From an uncultured Muribaculaceae bacterium (GTDB taxonomy: Bacteria > Pseudomonadota > Alphaproteobacteria > Rs-D84), in the NCBI GenBank assembly GCA_965231035.1, contig OZ246409.1:463041-495040 (forward strand): a stretch of DNA of 32,000 bases, in the 5' to 3' direction. A model generated the notes under the pieces. The model searched no databases, was not told the origin of the DNA, and saw nothing but the letters and a program-made list of their open reading frames with translations. Numbering within the stretch: the first letter of the stretch is position 1; each line of letters opens with the position of its first letter. Both the position numbers and the translations under genes were made by a program. Shown here one piece after another: positions 1 to 7,129 of this stretch.

Positions 1-2
1 AG

Positions 3-728
3 GGAACCTATACCGGTTATTACTCTCCAATAATACCAGCTTGCAAAAATCAAACCTCCGTCTGTAACGAGCCTATTATGGGCGTTCCAACAGATGGTAC
101 AAATTACAAAGGTGTTGATAAAAGAACAATTGTTAATGAAAGAATTGGTAAAGTTTTATACTGGGCAAACATAGTCGATGTTCAAAACCTGCAAATCCAA
201 GGCAGTGGCATGTTACGACTGGAAGACGGAAGTATGATCAAGGTTAATTTTGCAGGTGTAAACGATATGCCATTTAAATCTATTGGTGAACAATTAAGAA
301 CTCGTGGTATAAAACCAACAGATGGATATTCGGCAGATGCAGTCTGGACATACCTGAAACAAAGACCAGATTTGGCACGTGAAGTTATTTACAATAACCC
401 GCGCTATGTATACTTCTATGTATCCGTACCACCAGATGTTATTGGCAAGCTTGGAACCCCATTATCCAAAATTCGCAGCATAGCAATGGATGACACAATT
501 TATACACTTGGGTTGCCAGTTTATATTGATACAAATTTATCTGATGGACGCAGATTCAGAAGATTGATGATTGCTCAAGACACTGGCAGTGCAATCAGGG
601 GATGGATACGCGCAGATATCTTCTTTGGCAAGGGCGAAGAAGCATATAAATTTGCGCACGGTCAACACTCGCAGGGTCAAATGTTTATTCTGATGCCAAA
701 AGAGTATTCTTATGTCAAACCAAACTAA
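3..728 (+). CDS. mltA: Membrane-bound lytic murein transglycosylase A (MltA), N-terminus cut off by window edge
   Basis: The frame of the 78..728 ORF stays open back to base 3 with no stop codon, so the gene enters from upstream. The C-terminal segment MIAQDTGSAIRGWIRADIFFG looks like the MltA 3D domain. Confidence 0.75.
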   Translation, partial: GTYTGYYSPIIPACKNQTSVCNEPIMGVPTDGTNYKGVDKRTIVNERIGKVLYWANIVDVQNLQIQGSGMLRLEDGSMIKVNFAGVNDMPFKSIGEQLRTRGIKPTDGYSADAVWTYLKQRPDLAREVIYNNPRYVYFYVSVPPDVIGKLGTPLSKIRSIAMDDTIYTLGLPVYIDTNLSDGRRFRRLMIAQDTGSAIRGWIRADIFFGKGEEAYKFAHGQHSQGQMFILMPKEYSYVKPN

Positions 729-1041
729 TAGATTGAATCACAGACTGACACGTCCCCAAACCTTGGGATCTGCTTTTGGTGGATTGCTTAAAATTTTTGG
801 GGTGCGTGCGTCTGATTCTGATTTGGCAGATCGTTGGGATGAAATTATGGGTGCAGATATTGCAAAAATTGCAAAATTAATCAGTATCAGAAAAACTAAA
901 GATAAAAAATTTAATATCTCGGTATGTGCATTAAATCCGGCGTTTGCACTACAACTATCTTACCAAGCTGATGAAATTACAAAACGTATTAATAAATATT
1001 TCGGATACGATGCCGTTGGTAAAATAATTATTAAAAAATAA
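712..1041 (+). CDS. Small DUF721/DciA-like protein
   Basis: 109-aa ORF overlapping the mltA end by 17 nt. The W..IMG..IAK ... ISV.....A.QL......I..RIN...G...V..I pattern resembles DUF721 as I remember it. Assignment is from memory only. Confidence 0.4.
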   Translation: MSNQTNRLNHRLTRPQTLGSAFGGLLKIFGVRASDSDLADRWDEIMGADIAKIAKLISIRKTKDKKFNISVCALNPAFALQLSYQADEITKRINKYFGYDAVGKIIIKK

Positions 1042-1136
1042 AATTAAAGTGTTTTATCAAATAAAAAATTTAGCAATATTAAATTTTTTAATATTTTCAA
1101 TTAATTATTATTAATGTTTTACTTTTTTCTTTAATA

Positions 1137-1616
1137 TCAAAATTTGAACCTAGACATATTTGAATGTGCCAGCGCAATGGCAATAGCATCGCTTTCATCG
1201 GGTGTTTTCGGGTCAGAATTCGGCAAGAATATTTTCACCATTTTATAAATCTGGTCTTTGTCTGCATGACCAGCCGCCGAGATGGCTTTTTTAATTTTAT
1301 TAGGTTCGTATTCAAATACAGGAATATCTTTTGCAGCCACTGCAACTATTGCAGCCGCACGTGCGTGTCCCAATACCAAAGTAGTTTGTGGATTCTTGTT
1401 TGAAAAAGTTATTTCTATTGAACATTCATCCGGTTGCCAAATTTCACATAATTCTGTAACGTTTTTGAAAATGCAAGCTAGACGCATTGCTAAACTGTCA
1501 GATTTTTTGGGTAAAATAACACCACTGGATACATATTTCCGTGTCGATCCTGCTGTATCAATTACAGCCCAACCCGTGTGTATCAAGCCTGGATCAATTC
1601 CAATAATACGTGTCAT
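1137..1616 (-). CDS. ruvC: Holliday junction resolvase RuvC
   Basis: N-terminus MTRIIGIDPGLIHTGWAVID and C-terminal DESDAIAIALAH acidic catalytic motifs are typical of RuvC. Length is 159 aa. The ATGA overlap with the upstream ORF suggests coupling. Confidence 0.9.
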   Translation of the reverse strand: MTRIIGIDPGLIHTGWAVIDTAGSTRKYVSSGVILPKKSDSLAMRLACIFKNVTELCEIWQPDECSIEITFSNKNPQTTLVLGHARAAAIVAVAAKDIPVFEYEPNKIKKAISAAGHADKDQIYKMVKIFLPNSDPKTPDESDAIAIALAHSNMSRFKF

Positions 1617-1963
1617 TTTTGTTTTATTCCGATTTTATTAAATTGGTTTTTTAATAAATTATAGTTTTCTTCTATAAATTGACCGGATATTTTCCCAGAA
1701 ACATCTTTTCCGTTTTTTATAAACCTTTTACTTTCTGTTATAATATAGAACGGTTCTGCATAATTATTACCACCCATGCTGATATTTGAATTTGTAAACA
1801 CAACATAACCCCAGCCAAAATTTTTAAAGTTATGTTGTTCTACGTTTTCTGGTTTTTTTTTAATAATATTATTTATATCAATTTTACACTGAGCTTCTAT
1901 TTTTGATTGTGATGTATAAAACAAATTCTTTACAAATTTTTCCAGATACATAATTTTCCCCAA
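1613..1963 (-). CDS. Hypothetical protein (ORFan wedged between yebC and ruvC)
   Basis: 116-aa ORF, 2 nt after the yebC stop and overlapping the ruvC start by ATGA. It is noticeably more AT-rich than its flanks and has no recognisable motif. Confidence 0.5.
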   Translation of the reverse strand: MGKIMYLEKFVKNLFYTSQSKIEAQCKIDINNIIKKKPENVEQHNFKNFGWGYVVFTNSNISMGGNNYAEPFYIITESKRFIKNGKDVSGKISGQFIEENYNLLKNQFNKIGIKQK

Positions 1964-1965
1964 AT

Positions 1966-2682
1966 TTATGCCGCAGCTGTTATTACTTTTTGAACATCGT
2001 CATTATCTTCCAATGCCTCGACCATTTTTTCCAACTTGGCATATACTTCATCATCAACATCCATTGGCATATTTGGAATCCAGGTCAGTTCTGCCCTTTC
2101 TGGTTCACCCAGTTTATCTGCCAAAGCCTTTTGTACAGCCATAAAATCATCTGGTTTGGTTCTGATAATATAACCCTCTTCCGAAGATTCAACATCATCA
2201 CCACCAGCCTCCATCACAGCCATCATCATATCATCAGCTGATTTAGCCACCTTTAATGGATAATAAATTTGCCCCGCATGTGTGAACATAAAAGATACCG
2301 ATCCAGCTTCGCCCATATTTCCACCATTTTTGGAAAAAAGACTGCGAACTTCTGGTACTGTTCTGCGTGGATTATCAGTCAAAGCCTCAACAATAACAGG
2401 AACTGCGCCTGGGCCATAACCTTCATATCTAACAGATTCATAATTTTCTATATTGCTGCTTGATGCTTTTTCAATTGCACGTTTAATGTTATCATTAGGC
2501 ATAGAGTTCTTGCGCGCGTTCAAAACAGCCAAACGCAGGCGAGGATTATTGTCTGGACTGGGGTCACCCAGTTTGGCCGCCATAGTAATTTCACGTGCCA
2601 ATTTTGTAAATAACCCACTGCGTGCGGCATCTGCTGCACCTTTTTTATGCATAATATTATGCCATTTGCTGTGACCCGACAT
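1966..2682 (-). CDS. yebC: YebC/PmpR-family transcriptional regulator
   Basis: N-terminus MSGHSKWHNIMHKKGAADAARSGLFTKLAREI is the YebC family signature. Length is 238 aa. Its position upstream of ruvC is the classical arrangement. Confidence 0.9.
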   Translation of the reverse strand: MSGHSKWHNIMHKKGAADAARSGLFTKLAREITMAAKLGDPSPDNNPRLRLAVLNARKNSMPNDNIKRAIEKASSSNIENYESVRYEGYGPGAVPVIVEALTDNPRRTVPEVRSLFSKNGGNMGEAGSVSFMFTHAGQIYYPLKVAKSADDMMMAVMEAGGDDVESSEEGYIIRTKPDDFMAVQKALADKLGEPERAELTWIPNMPMDVDDEVYAKLEKMVEALEDNDDVQKVITAAA

Positions 2683-2685
2683 AAT

Positions 2686-2714
2686 TTGACCTTTTTGTTT
2701 TATTGAAGTAATAT
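2686..2714 (+). promoter_or_regulatory. Putative sigma70 promoter for ruvA-mnmE
   Basis: TTGACC (2686..2691), 17 nt spacer, TAATAT (2709..2714). An AAAGGA Shine-Dalgarno follows, ahead of the ATG at 2742. Confidence 0.45.
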
Positions 2715-2741
2715 GGATTTATATAACCAAAAGGATAGCAA

Positions 2742-3302
2742 ATGATTGGCAAATTGCAAGGGGTTGTTGACTATATTGGTGAAGGATTTGTAATCATTAT
2801 GGTAAATGGTGTTGGATACAAGGTTTTTTGCCCTGAATACCTGACGGCAAAATCAACTGTTTCATTATGGATTGAAACTGTTGTACGTGAAGATTCATTC
2901 AGGTTGTTTGGATTTACATCTATTGCCCAGCAAAATTTATTTAATCAATTAACCACTGTTTCTGGTGTTGGGCCTAAGGTTGCAATATCTATATTATCAA
3001 CACTTAAACCTGATATTTTGCTTTCTGCAATTGCAACTGGCGACGCCAAAACAATATCCGCTACCCCAGGCGTTGGTAAAAAGGTTGCTGAAAAGATTAT
3101 TGTGGAATTAAAAGGTAAAACAGGTTCTATAACTTTTGATTCTGTTGGTGGAAATATCCTGTCCGACCTGCTTTGTGGATTGGAATCACTGGGATACAGG
3201 CGTATTGATATTGTTGAAATCGCACAAAAACTGGTTGATCAAAACCCAGACCTGGGTGTTGAAAAATTAATCCCAATGGCACTTAAAAACATAACAAAAT
3301 GA
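2742..3302 (+). CDS. ruvA: Holliday junction branch migration protein RuvA
   Basis: MIGKLQGVV...VNGVGYKV N-terminal OB-fold motif and HhH motifs (VSGVGPKVA, TPGVGKKVAEKI). Length is 186 aa. Confidence 0.9.
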   Translation: MIGKLQGVVDYIGEGFVIIMVNGVGYKVFCPEYLTAKSTVSLWIETVVREDSFRLFGFTSIAQQNLFNQLTTVSGVGPKVAISILSTLKPDILLSAIATGDAKTISATPGVGKKVAEKIIVELKGKTGSITFDSVGGNILSDLLCGLESLGYRRIDIVEIAQKLVDQNPDLGVEKLIPMALKNITK

Positions 3303-4597
3303 TTGATACAATTTTTGCACTTTCTTCTGCTTATGGTAAATCTGGTGTTGCGGTTATTCGCATCAGTGGACCTGACTTATCAAAAATATTTCAAAAAATT
3401 ATTGGCAAAAAAAATATTAAGAATCGCTATGCCTATTTTGTAAATCTAAAAGAATCTAAAGACGCTTTAATCGACCAATGTGTTACTATATATTTTAAAT
3501 CTCCAGCCAGTTTCACTGGTGAAGATGTTATTGAATTGCATACCCATGGATCGCCTGCAGTAATTGAAAAAGTATTTGAATTATTACGCGGCTTTGGGAT
3601 GCGTATGGCGGAACCTGGCGAATTCAGTCGGCGTGCTTTTTATAATAATAAAATGGACCTGACCGAGGTTGATGGTCTGGCCGCATTACTGGACGCACAA
3701 ACAGATAAACAAAGAATCGCTGCTTTAAAATCTATGACTGGTAATGACAGCAAAATATATGAATCTTGGCGAAATCAGATGATTGAAATTTCTGCATATG
3801 CGGCAGCTATTTTGGATTATGATTCAGATGACTTGCCCAAAGATATTGATAAAAAGTTGATTAAACAAACAGAAAAATTATACAATGAAATAAACTCTGC
3901 ACTTGGCAGATACTCGACGGTACGCGCCATCCGCAAAGGTTTCAGTATTGTTCTGGTCGGACCAACAAATGTCGGAAAATCATCACTTTTTAATAGATTG
4001 GTTGGATCTGGGCGTGCAATTGTTTCTGATATCCCTGGTACAACACGTGATGTAGTTACCAGCGATTTAGACCTGGATGGATATCTGGTTCATTTATCTG
4101 ATACTGCTGGCATTCGCGAATCAAAAGATACTATTGAAAAAATCGGTATTGAGAAAACAAATGAAGAAATAAATAATGCTGATTTGATAATACGAATTCA
4201 GAGTTCAGATTCTAAAATTCAATCACATAAACCCCAAGAAAATGAAATTTTTGTTATAAATAAATCTGACCTGAATAAAACAAATAAATCAGATTGTATT
4301 TTAGTATCAGCAAAAAATGGTGATGGTATTTCAGATTTAATATTGGCAATAAAATCCAAAATTAAATCAATTGTTGGCAGAAAAGAAAACGATTTGGCAA
4401 TTAACGAAAGAACTCGTGAACACCTTATTAATGCCGCAAAAGAACTGGAATTAGCAATATCATCAAAAAGTATAAACTTTGATATCTTTTCAGAAAACAT
4501 CCGCAGTGCTGCTGATTCTATTGGAAAAATATTGGGCACAATCAGTGCAACTGAGGTTGCAGATGCAACCTTTTCCCAATTATGCCTGGGTAAATAA
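3299..4597 (+). CDS. mnmE: tRNA modification GTPase MnmE
   Basis: DTIFALSS...GVAVIRISG N-terminus, G1 motif GPTNVGKSSLFN, DTAGIR, NKSDL, and the diagnostic C-terminal CLGK tetrapeptide. The start overlaps the ruvA stop (ATGA). Confidence 0.92.
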   Translation: MIDTIFALSSAYGKSGVAVIRISGPDLSKIFQKIIGKKNIKNRYAYFVNLKESKDALIDQCVTIYFKSPASFTGEDVIELHTHGSPAVIEKVFELLRGFGMRMAEPGEFSRRAFYNNKMDLTEVDGLAALLDAQTDKQRIAALKSMTGNDSKIYESWRNQMIEISAYAAAILDYDSDDLPKDIDKKLIKQTEKLYNEINSALGRYSTVRAIRKGFSIVLVGPTNVGKSSLFNRLVGSGRAIVSDIPGTTRDVVTSDLDLDGYLVHLSDTAGIRESKDTIEKIGIEKTNEEINNADLIIRIQSSDSKIQSHKPQENEIFVINKSDLNKTNKSDCILVSAKNGDGISDLILAIKSKIKSIVGRKENDLAINERTREHLINAAKELELAISSKSINFDIFSENIRSAADSIGKILGTISATEVADATFSQLCLGK

Positions 4598-4604
4598 ACT
4601 ATTA

Positions 4605-4631
4605 AAAAACCGGTCATTTGACCGGTTTTTT
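4605..4631. terminator. Bidirectional rho-independent terminator between convergent mnmE and the acyl-CoA synthetase gene
   Basis: aaaaaa-CCGGTC-attt-GACCGG-tttttt: a perfect hairpin flanked by an A-run and a T-run, so it can work on both strands. Confidence 0.75.
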
Positions 4632-4632
4632 A

Positions 4633-6213
4633 TTACTCTTTTCTTATTGGGTATTGCCCATCAATCAAATTTTGACGCACAACATGGTGTTTTATCTTTT
4701 GAGTACTGGTCAAAGGTAAATCATCATTTGTCATAGCAAAGTGCGTTACCCATTTATAGCTGGCAACTTTCTTGTTTGCAGCTGCGACTTCTGCGGATAA
4801 CTTTTCTAATGTAATACCCTCTTCTACGCTGAAAACACCATAAGATACTGTTTTATCTTTTACCTTGTGTTCAAACACTGCGACATTTTTTATACCAGGC
4901 ATTTTCATATACAAAGCTTCCAACTCGTCTGGATAAACATTCTTGCCAGAATCCAAAACAATTACTTGTTTTTTACGTCCCGCAAAGTGCAGTTCTCCAT
5001 TCTTGTCCATACTTACCATATCGCCAGTATTAAAGAATCCACGATCATCGAATACTTCGGCATTTACTTCTGGATTATTCATATAACCACCAAAAATATT
5101 ATGCCCACGCAACCATAAAATACCGATACCTTCTTCGTTCTTATCGCGAATCTCACATTCGTTATTTTCAATTGGTGCACCAAAAGCAAAAGGATAACGA
5201 TGTTTTGTTGGCTTTGATATACAAACTGGTCCAACAGTTTCCGTCAAACCATAACCTTGGATAAATGTTAAACCCAAACGTTCATAGAAAGTTTCAACCT
5301 CTGGCTTGGTTGCAGCACCACCACCAACCAGCAAACGTGCACGTCCACCAAATACTGCCAATATTGGTTCCTGTACTTTTTTAACCAAACCGCCAAGTCC
5401 TATTTTTTTCAGAAACTTTCCACGTCTTAGTACAAAAGATACCAACCACCATTTTTTCTTGGCTTTGATATTATCTATAATTTTATTACGGAAAACTTCC
5501 CATAATCTTGGAACTGCTGGGATAACTTGGGGTCTAAATTTTGCAAAATCATCCATAATATCTTTTGGATTAACTGTTGGCTGTAACAGCATACCACCGC
5601 CGTAATGCAATGTTGCCAAGATTTCTACTGCAAAACCGAATACGTGATACATTGGTAAAAATCCGTACAAAATATCACCAACATGCATCCAACGATTCAT
5701 GTCTTCCAACGAATTTGCACATTCAACCAAATTAAAGTGTGTCAAAGGTACAATCTTTGGAATTCCCGTAGAACCAGATGTAAATGATAATGTTGCAATA
5801 TCTGTTGATTCAACAACAGCTGGTTTAAGATCCGATTTAGCTGCATCATCTTTTTTTGTTATATCATGGAAAGCAAATTTATCCGTTTTGAAAAAGAATG
5901 TCTTTTCAGCAAATATCATTTTGCATTCAGTCAATTCCGCCATATTATTATATTCAAATGGTGTCAGATTAGTATCTAACATTAGACATTTGCCACCCAA
6001 ATACCAAATTGCAAACAATGTAATTGGAAATTCTGGGATATTGTGTGCCAAAATTCCGATTGTATCGCCTTTTTTTACACCATCAGCTTCCAGAGTAGTG
6101 GCGCGTTTTTTTACAAGCTCTATGAATTGTGTATAATTTACACCTTCACGAACCAGGAAAGGACTATTTGGATATTGTCCAGCTGTCTTTTCCAATAATT
6201 GAAACATATTCAT
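4633..6213 (-). CDS. AMP-dependent acyl-CoA synthetase/ligase (FadD-like long-chain fatty acid CoA ligase)
   Basis: Adenylate-forming motifs SFTSGSTGIPK, GYGLTE and TGD..S.D..G.L.F.GR.K. A strong AAGGAG SD sits upstream of the ATG. Confidence 0.8.
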   Translation of the reverse strand: MNMFQLLEKTAGQYPNSPFLVREGVNYTQFIELVKKRATTLEADGVKKGDTIGILAHNIPEFPITLFAIWYLGGKCLMLDTNLTPFEYNNMAELTECKMIFAEKTFFFKTDKFAFHDITKKDDAAKSDLKPAVVESTDIATLSFTSGSTGIPKIVPLTHFNLVECANSLEDMNRWMHVGDILYGFLPMYHVFGFAVEILATLHYGGGMLLQPTVNPKDIMDDFAKFRPQVIPAVPRLWEVFRNKIIDNIKAKKKWWLVSFVLRRGKFLKKIGLGGLVKKVQEPILAVFGGRARLLVGGGAATKPEVETFYERLGLTFIQGYGLTETVGPVCISKPTKHRYPFAFGAPIENNECEIRDKNEEGIGILWLRGHNIFGGYMNNPEVNAEVFDDRGFFNTGDMVSMDKNGELHFAGRKKQVIVLDSGKNVYPDELEALYMKMPGIKNVAVFEHKVKDKTVSYGVFSVEEGITLEKLSAEVAAANKKVASYKWVTHFAMTNDDLPLTSTQKIKHHVVRQNLIDGQYPIRKE

Positions 6214-6361
6214 TAAAAATCTCCTTTGAAGTCATACAAGGAAACAAAACCTTTTTACGCACGCACACCAGTGGCGTTCACGCGCAGATTTCGTAATAAA
6301 ATCCTTGTTGTTTTTATATTGGACTAAAGCTATTATAATTAAAGAAAAGCGGATTGCAAAC

Positions 6362-7129
6362 ATGAAAATTCTAACTTTGAATATTAATTCAATTCGGGCA
6401 CATGCTGAAAGTTTTATCGAAATTTTGCAGCACGGCAATTACGATACCATATTGGTCCAGGAAACCAAGGTTGAAAACACCAGTTTTCCGCACAATTTAT
6501 TTGATACTTTTGGATATAATGTAAAGATTTTTGGTCAGAAAAGCTGGAATGGGGTTGCTGTTTTTTCAAAATATTCTATCGAGGATACAATTATTGGGCT
6601 GCCAAACTACCCTGACCCCAGTGCCAGATATATTGAATGCATTATTGATGGTCGGATACGCCTGATAAATGTTTATATGCCTAATGGCGAGGCCGAAGAT
6701 TCACCAAAATTCCCATATAAACTGGAATGGATGGAAAAGTTTAGTCAACACATCAAACATTACACAAATTCCGAAGAAGCTGTTATTATCGGTGGCGATT
6801 TTAACGTTGCGATTTCGGATATTGATGTCTGGAATCCGCCCGCATATCGCGGCAGCAGTATATCAGCCGAATCCGCCAGAAAAATAATGAAAAACTGGTT
6901 GGATAATGGATGGCGTGACGAATGGCGCCACCATCACCCAAATGAAGTTGGATATACTTGGTATGGATACCGTGGTGGTGATACAGTAAAAAAGAACGAA
7001 GGTTTGCGTCTGGACTATTTTTTGACCAATCATACTGCACAAAAAATTATTCGTGGTTGTGAAATTGATTTTTGTCCCCGTGGACACAATAAACCAACAG
7101 ACCATTGCGGACTGGTTTTGGAAATTTAA
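6362..7129 (+). CDS. xthA: Exodeoxyribonuclease III
   Basis: MKILTLNINSIRA start, then QETK, GDFNVA and C-terminal TDHCGLVLEI motifs of the ExoIII/EEP family. I chose the internal ATG at 6362 rather than the ORF-track start at 6305. Confidence 0.88.
   Translation: MKILTLNINSIRAHAESFIEILQHGNYDTILVQETKVENTSFPHNLFDTFGYNVKIFGQKSWNGVAVFSKYSIEDTIIGLPNYPDPSARYIECIIDGRIRLINVYMPNGEAEDSPKFPYKLEWMEKFSQHIKHYTNSEEAVIIGGDFNVAISDIDVWNPPAYRGSSISAESARKIMKNWLDNGWRDEWRHHHPNEVGYTWYGYRGGDTVKKNEGLRLDYFLTNHTAQKIIRGCEIDFCPRGHNKPTDHCGLVLEI

Noticed and set aside
1063-1089. Perfect 10-bp AT-only inverted repeat (aaaaaattta-gcaatat-taaatttttt) between convergent DUF721-like gene and ruvC
   Set aside because: It could act as a weak bidirectional terminator. 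However, a stem made only of A:T pairs in an AT-rich spacer is too unstable and too likely by chance to call.
6232-6438. 68-aa minus-strand ORF, and the 6305 start for xthA
   Set aside because: The minus ORF crosses the divergent promoter region and runs into xthA. The 19 extra N-terminal residues from 6305 are not ExoIII-like, whereas MKILTLNINS at 6362 is the canonical family N-terminus.
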